A stretch of DNA of 64,000 bases from the sequence record LC819007.1, one strand, 5' to 3'. The notes beneath the pieces were generated by a model that was not told the origin of the DNA, did not search any database, and was given only the letters and a program-made list of their open reading frames with translations. Below, piece by piece: positions 19,096-28,745 of the stretch. Position 1 is the first letter of the stretch. Each line of letters opens with the position of its first letter. Made by a program: the position numbers and the translations under genes.

Positions 19096-20331
19096 ATGGA
19101 CAAATACCGTAACGTACGGGACGTGTTCGAATCCGAAGCGAAGGATCTCGAATTCGACAAACGCTTGGCTGATGCGATTCATCGCTACAAGCAAGGCTTT
19201 ATCAACCGCAACAAAGAACACGCCGCGTTCTTCGGAGGTAACCTGTTGGGTGCCAACGTGGTGCGCTTTGTGGACTCGGACAAGGACAACTGGTTCGATA
19301 ACATCATCCAGGCTGACGAAGAGCTCCTGCGTGAACACCTGCACAACCTCGACGGCATCAACCCGGAATGGCACGTGTCGTCCAACGTGATGAACCTGTC
19401 ATGCGCTTACCTGGTGCACAAGTTCTTTCACTCGCCGTTGCCTGCTGCTGCCAAGATGCAGGCGATGACCGACGTATTGCTGGTGCTGCAGTTCAAGTAC
19501 ATCTCCTCGATCCTGTATCGGTTCTTCCCGTATCCGGCGCCGCGTGAAGTGGCAGAGGCGACGTACGCTGCGCTGAACATGAAGTTCATCCTGAAGGAGA
19601 AAGGATCGTGGCTTGGTTTGCTGCAACATCGCTGCGAAGAAATCCTCTCACGTCACTCGCCGCACTACAACGCTATCTCCTCGATGAACTCCGACAAGGA
19701 AGTCGTCGATATGCTCAACGCGATTCACGGGGCACTCAAGGGCTACGTGAAGAACATGCGCGAAGTGATGGAGCGCATTCGCTTGACGGGCGGCAAGGTC
19801 AGCTCGGTATCCTCAGTAGCTGGTGTGGATGGTGAAGAGATCCTGAAGGACAAGACGCGTGGTCCGATCGTCTACACCAACTACCTGAAGTCGATCCTCT
19901 CGGATAAGAACTCCTTTATCCGAGAAGAGCTATTGCTGGTGGTGACCAAGATCATGCCGTCGGCGAGCTACCGGCATCTGAAGTCGGCGCTCGAACATAT
20001 CTCGGGCAACTACTTCAAGAGCGATCACCAGAAGATCGAGAAGATCGTGAATCTGGCGATGGTGCATGCCTTTGCGTATCTGTCGGATAACCGTATCAGC
20101 CTGCGTTCGAACGTAGACTTGTCGGCAATGCTGATTCGACTGAAGGGCGCCTACACCTCCTCGCGTTCCACCGATCCGGATCTGCTGGATCTACGTACAC
20201 TCGTGGAAGAAGTGATCACACCGGCTGTGGATTCGCGGACTCCGGCTGTGGTGGCTTCGGTGCGTACGGGCGTGCTGTTGTATCTCGTCTCGCGTGCGTA
20301 CACCATGTCGTACTACTCGGGCAATCGCTAA
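19096..20331 (+). CDS. Conserved phiKZ-like virion structural protein (gp32-like by synteny)
   Basis: N-terminal EHAAFFGGNLLG segment as I recall from jumbo phages; converges on terminase. Confidence 0.7.
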   Translation: MDKYRNVRDVFESEAKDLEFDKRLADAIHRYKQGFINRNKEHAAFFGGNLLGANVVRFVDSDKDNWFDNIIQADEELLREHLHNLDGINPEWHVSSNVMNLSCAYLVHKFFHSPLPAAAKMQAMTDVLLVLQFKYISSILYRFFPYPAPREVAEATYAALNMKFILKEKGSWLGLLQHRCEEILSRHSPHYNAISSMNSDKEVVDMLNAIHGALKGYVKNMREVMERIRLTGGKVSSVSSVAGVDGEEILKDKTRGPIVYTNYLKSILSDKNSFIREELLLVVTKIMPSASYRHLKSALEHISGNYFKSDHQKIEKIVNLAMVHAFAYLSDNRISLRSNVDLSAMLIRLKGAYTSSRSTDPDLLDLRTLVEEVITPAVDSRTPAVVASVRTGVLLYLVSRAYTMSYYSGNR

Positions 20332-20335
20332 GCGA

Positions 20336-20371
20336 CATAGAGGCCGGGGTTTCCCCCGGCCTTTTATGCCG
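20336..20371. terminator. Bidirectional hairpin with TATG tails
   Basis: AGGCCGGGG-TTTC-CCCCGGCCT between convergent genes. Confidence 0.85.
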
Positions 20372-22615
20372 TTACATGCCGCCCCAGCGCCGCGGCGCGG
20401 AGCCATGACCATTCCAACTGCCACCTGCATTGCGGTTGTTCCAGCCATGACCCGTACTGCCCGAGACTTTCTCGGTGCGCTTCTTTTCCTTCGCTTCCTT
20501 GATCAGGTTATCGACGTTGAACATCTCCGCCTCTTCAACGATCACCTTGCTCGACAGGGCACGGATCTCTTGCTCAATCCGTGAAATGACAAACAGGTCA
20601 CGCGAGGCCGTGATCTTCTCAGCCAACTCCTTGATGCGTTCACGAATCATGCGTTGCTCGCGCTTCTCTTCAGCCAGCTGCGGGTCATTACCACCACCCG
20701 CATCTTGCAAGAGACTACCGACCAGCGACGGATCGATACCGTAGTAACGCAGGTTCTTCGCCTTCGTGATCATCCAGTGCGCCAAGAGCCACGCGATACA
20801 CATGTCGTCGTGCTCACCCGGGGCGTGGTCAATCCGACCGTTCTTGGTAATCAGGCCATTGATCTGGTCAGCCAGCACCTTGTCGTAGACGCGATCGCAG
20901 GCACGTTTGCCCGCCAACATCAGCGAGTCACTGTAGAGCGCACTCCGCGAAGTCGTACCGCCGCCCGAGGTCGTGAAGCCAAAGCACTTCTTAAAGCGCG
21001 TGTACTGTTCGTGGTTGTTGCTCCGAACCATCCGTTGCATTTCCTCGAACTGCACTTCATTGGCTTGCTTGTCCTGCACCACGGTGTTGTAGATGCGCTT
21101 GAACGGATTGATGCCCGCTGCCGACAACTCGATCATCAGGTAGTCGATAATGCCTTGACCCGACGAACGGTTTTCAGGAATGAAGGTGACAGTCGGCCAC
21201 TTGATCAGGAACGCCGCAATCCACTTGGACAAGTGAATCAGGTTGGTTTCATTGATCGTTGCACACGCCACCGTTTCCAGTGTTTGCGTATCCAGCACGT
21301 AGAAGCCGCAATCGTCCCCACCCGAAGCATTGGACGAGTCCATGCCCATCACATAGGTCGACTCGTACATGCGTCGATCGATGTCCGCTTCGCTCAGATA
21401 CCAGCGCATCGTGTACGAACCAATCCGACTGATGTCAGTGTGGTCGGCACCACGCACCGAATTCCGAATCGCATCCAGGATCGTCGTCGGCAACGGGTTG
21501 GTCTGGCTACCCGACGTCCACATGTTAAAGTAGTCGCGGTTTGCGTCGTCACCCGTCTGAACGGACTCTTCCAGTTTCTCCATCAGCCATTCGTCGGTCT
21601 TACCCAACTGGCGGTGGTTCAACGTGATGTTCACCCGCAGCTTACCACCGGACTTGCCGTTCTTGAGAATCTTGTTCCCGCCTGGGCTCGCCTTACGGAT
21701 GATCTCGTAGAGGTGTGTCTCGTCCACTGCGTCAAAGAACTTCTCGTTCCAGATGGCCGACTCGCTGACCATTTTGTAAATGAACGCGCCGTCCTTGTCG
21801 TCCTTCTTGCCTGCGGTCGTCGTCAGGATCGTACCGTAGTAGGAGCCTGCCTTCTTTGCACGGTCCACCGCTGCACCGGTAGCAGCAAGTGCTGCCGGAA
21901 GCGCGATGGCGATGTTCGGCTGGAAAGGACCTTCGTCGATGTGGAAGATACCCGAGGTCAAACCCCGGCCGAGGTTCAGTGCACGCTTCGGGGACGCCTG
22001 CGGCACGTGCGTCTTGTAACGGTTCTTCAGACGCACACGGGTGATTTCTTCCGTGTTGTTGGCGTCGTCCCGCGATTGCTGGTTCAGGTAACCCGGCAGT
22101 TCAGAAGCGATGTCCTTCAGTCGGTTGATGTTACCCCGACGCAGTGTGTCGTCCTTCGTGAGCAAGTTGATTTCCGTATCACGGCAACCAATGTTCATCA
22201 GGTACGTCATCAACGAGTCAGTGGAGAACGACTTACCTGTCTGACGGATCTGGATCAGGAAGGTCATCACGTGGTTGAAGAACAACCAGTACAAGGCAAT
22301 GTTGCCTCGGTTCGCTTCCTGCATCACCGCGTCACCACCACCGATTGCTGGCGCCTTCGCCACTTCACGGAAGTAGTACCACGGGTTCACGGCACACTCC
22401 AGCGCAATCAGCGCCTTCTGGTTTTCCGTGAGATATTTCGAGTGGGGGTCAACCCCCTTCAACGCCGGATTGACCAGCGCCAGAATAAAGGCGTGATTCT
22501 TCACACCGAGTGATCGGTACAGCAAAGCCAATCGGACGAACGACTTGTTCTTCGTGTCGATGTCAACGATGGCGGTCGGGTACTTAGCCCAGTCTTTCTG
22601 AAACAAGATTGGCAT
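20372..22615 (-). CDS. terL: Terminase large subunit
   Basis: Walker A QIRQTGKS, Walker B IFHIDEG, nuclease motifs MGMDSS..GGDD and EHDDMCIA. Confidence 0.93.
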   Translation of the reverse strand: MPILFQKDWAKYPTAIVDIDTKNKSFVRLALLYRSLGVKNHAFILALVNPALKGVDPHSKYLTENQKALIALECAVNPWYYFREVAKAPAIGGGDAVMQEANRGNIALYWLFFNHVMTFLIQIRQTGKSFSTDSLMTYLMNIGCRDTEINLLTKDDTLRRGNINRLKDIASELPGYLNQQSRDDANNTEEITRVRLKNRYKTHVPQASPKRALNLGRGLTSGIFHIDEGPFQPNIAIALPAALAATGAAVDRAKKAGSYYGTILTTTAGKKDDKDGAFIYKMVSESAIWNEKFFDAVDETHLYEIIRKASPGGNKILKNGKSGGKLRVNITLNHRQLGKTDEWLMEKLEESVQTGDDANRDYFNMWTSGSQTNPLPTTILDAIRNSVRGADHTDISRIGSYTMRWYLSEADIDRRMYESTYVMGMDSSNASGGDDCGFYVLDTQTLETVACATINETNLIHLSKWIAAFLIKWPTVTFIPENRSSGQGIIDYLMIELSAAGINPFKRIYNTVVQDKQANEVQFEEMQRMVRSNNHEQYTRFKKCFGFTTSGGGTTSRSALYSDSLMLAGKRACDRVYDKVLADQINGLITKNGRIDHAPGEHDDMCIAWLLAHWMITKAKNLRYYGIDPSLVGSLLQDAGGGNDPQLAEEKREQRMIRERIKELAEKITASRDLFVISRIEQEIRALSSKVIVEEAEMFNVDNLIKEAKEKKRTEKVSGSTGHGWNNRNAGGSWNGHGSAPRRWGGM

Positions 22616-22879
22616 GATAGGTCCTGCATGTGTCCTTAGGCTCTCCACAGCGGCTTACACTAACGAGTAGTGTAAGGGTCGCCACGAGCGTGAGAGGCGG
22701 TCCACATTAATAACGGCATAAATCCTTACCTCAGCTTACTTCTTATCTCTTATTCCATAAGAAGCAGAAGTCGTCGTCGCGTAAATTCCCTGCCAATCAT
22801 GAACAATTGATAAACGATTCACTCAGTAAAGACGACGATCCAACAACACTCTCTCTATACACACTTACGCACGCAATTA

Positions 22880-22922
22880 CGGCATAAAAAGCGAGGGGAT
22901 TACTCCCCTCGCCCTTATGTCG
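22880..22922. terminator. Hairpin with TATG tails on both sides
   Basis: GCGAGGGGA-TTAC-TCCCCTCGC. Confidence 0.75.
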
Positions 22923-22930
22923 CTGCAGAT

Positions 22931-24646
22931 TTACGGCAATGCTACCCCGCCGTTGTCCCACAGAATCATGCCCGACGTACCCAGCTCCAGATCGGTATCC
23001 GGCGTCTTGCGAATCCACTCGATGTAGACGTTGCCGTTGATCACCAGCCCGTTCAGGATCGAGAACACCTGGTTGAAGGTGTTGACGTCTTGCTCCAGCA
23101 CCTGGCTCGTACCCACCCGGATGCGGAAGTGCGTCGGCACCAGCGGACCGGTTTCCTTCAGCTCGTCGTAGATCGGACGCATCGGCGTGTACAGCTTCGC
23201 AAACCAGTCTTCCACCGTAGCACAACCGGCATCGACCTTCAGCTTGTAGAAGTTGTAGTTGATGAATTCCAGCACGCCATGCGAGCCGTTCACACCGTAA
23301 GCCGGGTTCTGGCCTTGCTCGAACACCACCTGCCAGTTGGTATCGGTGCGTTCCGTACCGTCGCGCCACAACACCACTTGCACGGTCTGCGCATGACGGA
23401 AGTCTTCGTACAGCGGGTTGACATCCTTCAGGTTGACCGAGACGTTGAGCAGCTGATTCACACCGTACAGCTTCGGCTGGAAGGCCGGGCTGTTGACCGA
23501 GAACTGCACGTACTGCGTGACGTCGTAACGCGCATTGCGCTCGGACGTGTAGAGGAACCAGCGCAACGAGTAACCGTTGAGCGGACCCACCCATTCCGGG
23601 AATGCGGTCAGGCGCACGTTGTACGCACCCTTGGCTTCCATCGTCTTGATGGTGTACGGTTGCGTGACGAAGATCAGCTCGCCGCGCGTCGCACCATAAA
23701 CCACTTCGTCCGAAGTCGGAGTGTAACGCAGCACGACCGGGATCTTCTGGTTGACCATCGTTGCCAGATAGCTTTCCATCCCGAGCATCGTGAAGCGCGT
23801 ACCGTCGACCGGCAGTTCCTTGAACGAGCCGTCGCTGTAGTGCACGCGACCCTTCAGGTACAGGCCCTGCAGCGGCACGTTCACCGGCAGCTGGACCAGC
23901 GTCGGATCGGTGTCGCTCATGAACGGCGAGACGAGCGAGATACCCGTCACGTAGCGCACAGCGTTGTTCATGTGGCGGATGAACGAGGTGTTCTGCACGA
24001 TCAGTTGCGTGATCGAAGCCGGATGACCTTCGTCGGTGTAGGCGATACAGCTCACCACTTCACCGTCGGGCAGGTCTTCCATGGTGTAACACACCGGCAC
24101 CGCGTATTCGCTCTTGTTCGTTTGCGCATTCACGCCCACCAGTTCGAGTGCGATCTCGTTGGTGATCAGGTTGCCCTGATTGTCGTAGTAGCCCGACACA
24201 GCCTTGAGATCCGTCGGACCCGTGTTCTGTTTCCAGATCTTGGCCTTGCGGCAGGTCGTGCCTTTGTACGACAGACGGTTCTCCACAGCCAGTACGTACG
24301 GCGTGACCGACTTGTCGAGGTAAGCGCGATAAGTCGCGTTGTTGGTGGTGCGACCCGGACCCGTGAGCACGTCATCGGTGTTGATCACCGAAGTCGGCAC
24401 ACCGCCCCAGGGTTGCAGCGTCGGCACGAGATCGACGTCCAATGCCGTGACGATCCACCATGCACTGACCGTCTTGTTCTGACGATCCGCTGCGAGGTCG
24501 CCCACGTTGGGGACGAACCGGCCCGTACCGACCGTATTGTCCCAGAGCTCATCGAGCCCGTAGATGGCCATGCGGCCTTCCGGGTTGATGATGGGCTGTA
24601 CGCCATCGGTCCCGGTTACTGCTGACTGATTGGTAATCGTTGTCAT
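22931..24646 (-). CDS. Virion structural protein, probably baseplate (phiKZ gp26-like)
   Basis: Beta-rich 571-aa ORF next to terminase; synteny. Confidence 0.7.
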   Translation of the reverse strand: MTTITNQSAVTGTDGVQPIINPEGRMAIYGLDELWDNTVGTGRFVPNVGDLAADRQNKTVSAWWIVTALDVDLVPTLQPWGGVPTSVINTDDVLTGPGRTTNNATYRAYLDKSVTPYVLAVENRLSYKGTTCRKAKIWKQNTGPTDLKAVSGYYDNQGNLITNEIALELVGVNAQTNKSEYAVPVCYTMEDLPDGEVVSCIAYTDEGHPASITQLIVQNTSFIRHMNNAVRYVTGISLVSPFMSDTDPTLVQLPVNVPLQGLYLKGRVHYSDGSFKELPVDGTRFTMLGMESYLATMVNQKIPVVLRYTPTSDEVVYGATRGELIFVTQPYTIKTMEAKGAYNVRLTAFPEWVGPLNGYSLRWFLYTSERNARYDVTQYVQFSVNSPAFQPKLYGVNQLLNVSVNLKDVNPLYEDFRHAQTVQVVLWRDGTERTDTNWQVVFEQGQNPAYGVNGSHGVLEFINYNFYKLKVDAGCATVEDWFAKLYTPMRPIYDELKETGPLVPTHFRIRVGTSQVLEQDVNTFNQVFSILNGLVINGNVYIEWIRKTPDTDLELGTSGMILWDNGGVALP

Positions 24647-24695
24647 GGGTGAAATCCTTGAAAGCAGCCGGAGGTCACCCTCCGGCCACTATGCC

Positions 24696-27293
24696 TTAGA
24701 ACGGAAGCACGTTGATCATCGACGAAATGTCCAGACCCGGCGCATAGATCGCAACCGTGCGCAGCATCACGCGATACTTGTACATGTCAAGCGACACGTA
24801 CGTGTCGTACGGATGGGGATGCACCACCACGTAACGACTATCGGGAATGTTGCCGCCACCAATCGGATCAAACGGCAAATACTTCTCGTACGCACTCAAA
24901 CGCGTACGCAGCCAGTCATCACCGAACTGCTCGTAGAACTTGTTGTCCCAGAGCACACCCGTTTGCAAGTCGTCGAGAATGCGCGACAGGAACGGGCTGT
25001 AGAGTTGGTAGCGCGCCGGAATCGCATTGGGCTGATCCGTCGGATCTTGCGGAATGAACCGCGTGAGGTAATCGCTCACCTCTTGATCGATCGCCTGCGA
25101 CGCAGCCCGGAACGTGTAGGTCTTATCCGTCACGCCATCTGCGTCGATGAGGTAGTTGTTCATAGGAACGACGATATCCCGGATCGCATACGGCGCACCA
25201 TTCAACGCATTCACCAGTCCCACGTCCACGCCGTTTTCAGCGAAGCGCAGGTCTTCCCGCAGACGTACCTTGCCACCGCAGACAATGCGCAGCACTTTGT
25301 CGTCACGGATATCGAAGCGGTTGTTGGCCGACAGATCGCCGTGATACACAAAGCCTACGTCCGGCGCATCCGTGCGGGACATGTCCTTGTTGCAGAAACC
25401 CGTGAAGCGAATCGTGAAGTTCTGCTGGGTCAGCGAGTCGTTCATGTACGCCTTGGTCGTCACGACCACCCGCGAGCCATTCACCCGATAGTCCAGCTTC
25501 TCGATACACGAGTTACCGTTCATGAACACGTCCAGCTCACCGAGCGGCATGTCCAGCTTCTGGTAGATCCCGTCCTTGAACCAGGTGATGTCGAACTCAA
25601 ACACCCCAGCAATCGGCGCCATCGAGAACGAGTACGCCAGATGCTTCTTGTTGGAAAGCACGCGGTTAAACGCTGCAGCCGAGCGCACCCAGGTGTAAGT
25701 CGAACCTTGCACTAGGTACACCGGGTCGCCGGTACGATCCGCCCAGTCACCCGTCTTCACGCCAGCCGTGGAAGGCGCCACGTAGAAGCGATAGTTCGCC
25801 GTCGGATCGATGGTCCCGGTATCGGTGTTGTCGATCACATCCAGCGATGTACCGCCCAGGCCGTGAATGATTTCCACGAACGCTGCGTCCGCCGCCTGGC
25901 AGGTGTAGGTGTTATCCACCGTACTGGTTGCATAGAACAGCAACTTGCCTGCCGCGTTGTATTCGTAGACGGTGCAGTTACCGCGCAGTCCTTCCGGAAT
26001 CGTCACGAGCTTCTGGCCGCTGGTCAACACCACCTTGGTCGGCGTATCACCCAGCAACTTCGACATGGCGTTGTAGCCATAGGCCGATTGCACCATGTCC
26101 CGTGTGATCGTGCCTTGCGGTGCGCGCATGATCGCAGCGTAGGCATTGGCTTCGAGATTCGCTGCCCGCCACACCGAGACCAGGGCGTCCTGACCCACCA
26201 TGGCACCCGCGATCTTGTCCTCGGGCAACTTGTACAACTCGAACAAGCGTGCGTTCTCGAACACGAGTGGGCGCTGGTAACCCGAATTGCGCACAGTCAG
26301 CCGCAGCTCCAGATCCTTACCGCCCAAGAACGTATTGGCCGCCTGCGTACCGTCGATCCGAATCGTCGGGACCGAATAGTCGCGGTGCGTGACCATGCGC
26401 ATCGTGCGGCTGTCGTTCTTGTGCAGATAGACGCCCTTCCAGCGATTGGTGTTCCAGGTGTAGCCCAGATACATGTCGACGTCGTCCTGATAGTCGATCA
26501 TGTCGTCCGGACCGGCATAATGCAGCAGGTACTTGTGCAGGCTGTCGAGCGTGGACTCGAACGGTGCCAGATCCCGTACCTTGAACACGACTTCGCGCTT
26601 GATCGACGCATCGAACACGTATTCGAGATAGTCACCCGCCTTGGCCGACACCAGGTCGATCTTGTCCACCCGACAACCATTGACCCAGAAGAACGTGCCG
26701 CCCCAGCTCGGGAGCAAAGCGATCTCGGCCTGGAAGTTGTTGATGGCGGTGATGTCGTCTGCCTTGATCGAATTGATCTTGATGCAGGGCTCGGCGTAGG
26801 TGTCGCGATAGCTGTTGAAGTACGCGTTGGAGTACAACCGCAAGAAAATCGGTTCGTTCTCCAGATCACAGTCGATCAGCTTGGCAGGTGCCGCACTCGG
26901 CTTCAGCACTGCCACGATCAGGTTGTTGTCGCCCGTGACCAGATACCACACGAGGCTGCGGGGGATCATCACGCCCTTGCCGACGTAGACGTCCAGCACA
27001 CAGCACTCTTCTTGCATCACGTCTGGTGCCGAGATCCAGACACCCGGCTTATCCAGCAAACCCAGCAAGGCAGGATGGACCTGACCGATCTGATAGACGT
27101 GAAAGCGATTGGCCGCACCCGACAGCGGCAACTGGATCTTGCGCCACTGATACGAGAACGAGGACCAGACTCCGTTCTCCGGCGTAATGCGAGCAGGCTG
27201 GATGATCGCCTGCTTGTCCTGCTCGGGGGTGCACCACACTTTGGTGTAGGCATCATTGAGCAGGAAGTCTTCTGAAACGAGGTAGCCGCTCAT
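24696..27293 (-). CDS. Virion structural protein, probably baseplate (phiKZ gp27-like)
   Basis: Large beta-rich ORF; synteny. Confidence 0.7.
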   Translation of the reverse strand: MSGYLVSEDFLLNDAYTKVWCTPEQDKQAIIQPARITPENGVWSSFSYQWRKIQLPLSGAANRFHVYQIGQVHPALLGLLDKPGVWISAPDVMQEECCVLDVYVGKGVMIPRSLVWYLVTGDNNLIVAVLKPSAAPAKLIDCDLENEPIFLRLYSNAYFNSYRDTYAEPCIKINSIKADDITAINNFQAEIALLPSWGGTFFWVNGCRVDKIDLVSAKAGDYLEYVFDASIKREVVFKVRDLAPFESTLDSLHKYLLHYAGPDDMIDYQDDVDMYLGYTWNTNRWKGVYLHKNDSRTMRMVTHRDYSVPTIRIDGTQAANTFLGGKDLELRLTVRNSGYQRPLVFENARLFELYKLPEDKIAGAMVGQDALVSVWRAANLEANAYAAIMRAPQGTITRDMVQSAYGYNAMSKLLGDTPTKVVLTSGQKLVTIPEGLRGNCTVYEYNAAGKLLFYATSTVDNTYTCQAADAAFVEIIHGLGGTSLDVIDNTDTGTIDPTANYRFYVAPSTAGVKTGDWADRTGDPVYLVQGSTYTWVRSAAAFNRVLSNKKHLAYSFSMAPIAGVFEFDITWFKDGIYQKLDMPLGELDVFMNGNSCIEKLDYRVNGSRVVVTTKAYMNDSLTQQNFTIRFTGFCNKDMSRTDAPDVGFVYHGDLSANNRFDIRDDKVLRIVCGGKVRLREDLRFAENGVDVGLVNALNGAPYAIRDIVVPMNNYLIDADGVTDKTYTFRAASQAIDQEVSDYLTRFIPQDPTDQPNAIPARYQLYSPFLSRILDDLQTGVLWDNKFYEQFGDDWLRTRLSAYEKYLPFDPIGGGNIPDSRYVVVHPHPYDTYVSLDMYKYRVMLRTVAIYAPGLDISSMINVLPF

Positions 27294-27373
27294 AGGAGCC
27301 CTTCCTTGCATGTGTGAATAAAAAGCGCTACCCACCGAAGTGAGTAGCGCTTTTACGAACAGGGTCGGCGCGC

Positions 27374-28294
27374 TTACCAGCTACGGGTGTTTTCGTCGGG
27401 CTGACCCAGGAAGGCCATGCTGCGTACGAAGTTCTCGTGATACTTCTTGTAGCTGTTGCGTTCGATGATCTGCGTGAGGTTGGCCTTCTTGAAGCCGCGG
27501 TTGGTCACGGCCTGGAAGAGCAGCGTCAGCCACACCGGCGGATATTCCAGCGCGATCGTGACGAGTTCCTTGCCGGCATTACCGAACCAGGAACCGCTGA
27601 CCGTACCGAAGAGCGTCGCCGGGTTGAAGTCTTCCAGTCGCACCGATTGCGTGAAGGACTTGATCGCATCGCACAGTTCTTCGACGTCACGGATGATCGG
27701 ATGCGTTTCCACCACATCCACCACGTCCGAGTGACGGTAGCCACAAGTCCGCGTGATCGCCGAGAGCAGGTAAGCGGTGTCTTCCGACGACGCTTCGGTC
27801 TTGTCCCAGAAGTTGTTCAGATAGAAGATCGCTGCGAACACCGAGACTTGCAGTTGCTGGCGCGCATCGATCGCAAAGCGACGGGCGATCGTCTCACCCA
27901 TCCAGTGCGAGAAGAGCATCAGCGGCAGAGGCGACATATCGCGCACTCGTGCCTGATAACCGTGGTGCCAGTCGAGCGCGAGCTGGGCCTGCACCGTGCG
28001 GGCCTGCAGTTCGATCTCATCGCGAACGCGCATGCCGCCCATCGAATCGGTGCCGACAAACGAGCGGGCATCGAAGAAAGCGACGTCTTCGTCCTTCATC
28101 TTGACGACCAGCGGGAAGTTGAAAGCCGGCACGCCAGCGACGCCGCCGTTCAGTCCTTCACGCACCATATGCACGTTTTCGCGCACTTGTTGTGTAGCGT
28201 TGTGGTAATAAGCCTCGGTAAGCGCGTGCTCCAATTTGCTGGTGTTATAGCCATGCGTCGCAGTGGTTGCGAAGGCCGAGTTGAAAATGGTCAT
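27374..28294 (-). CDS. Virion structural protein (phiKZ gp28-like)
   Basis: 306-aa ORF divergent from the tail sheath gene; synteny. Confidence 0.65.
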   Translation of the reverse strand: MTIFNSAFATTATHGYNTSKLEHALTEAYYHNATQQVRENVHMVREGLNGGVAGVPAFNFPLVVKMKDEDVAFFDARSFVGTDSMGGMRVRDEIELQARTVQAQLALDWHHGYQARVRDMSPLPLMLFSHWMGETIARRFAIDARQQLQVSVFAAIFYLNNFWDKTEASSEDTAYLLSAITRTCGYRHSDVVDVVETHPIIRDVEELCDAIKSFTQSVRLEDFNPATLFGTVSGSWFGNAGKELVTIALEYPPVWLTLLFQAVTNRGFKKANLTQIIERNSYKKYHENFVRSMAFLGQPDENTRSW

Positions 28295-28745
28295 GTTGGT
28301 GCTTCCGTCAAGTAAGAAAAATACCTGTTGATCTATGGCTGCGCAAGCATCATTTATTATGAGCGCGAGCCATTCCGTTATTGGCTTGCTTTTTTATTTC
28401 ATCGCGACTGAGCATGTAAAAACTTACTCGGTCTAGTCCGTCAAAGGAAAAGCGACGAAATGAAACCTGAAGAATCCTCCAGGATGTCATAAAACTACTG
28501 TGCTCTCACGGCTGTGCTCGCGCAGCGTCACATATGAAAATGGAGCAAAGTCCTCACCAAGGCTTTGGCGTGTGATTGAGATGCATATGCAAACACTACA
28601 TGTCCACCGTCCGACCGTGGTGTCGGGCAAATGATCGACGGGTCGTTCGGGCATGCAGGCAACTATTCAAGGGACTGACAGAACGTAGCGAATCCATAAG
28701 CCGCGACCTCGATGTTCATCGTTTCAATTCAATCGGAATCTCATC

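Noticed and set aside
19121-19135. GTTCGAATCC tRNA T-loop-like sequence
   Set aside because: Inside a CDS and no cloverleaf
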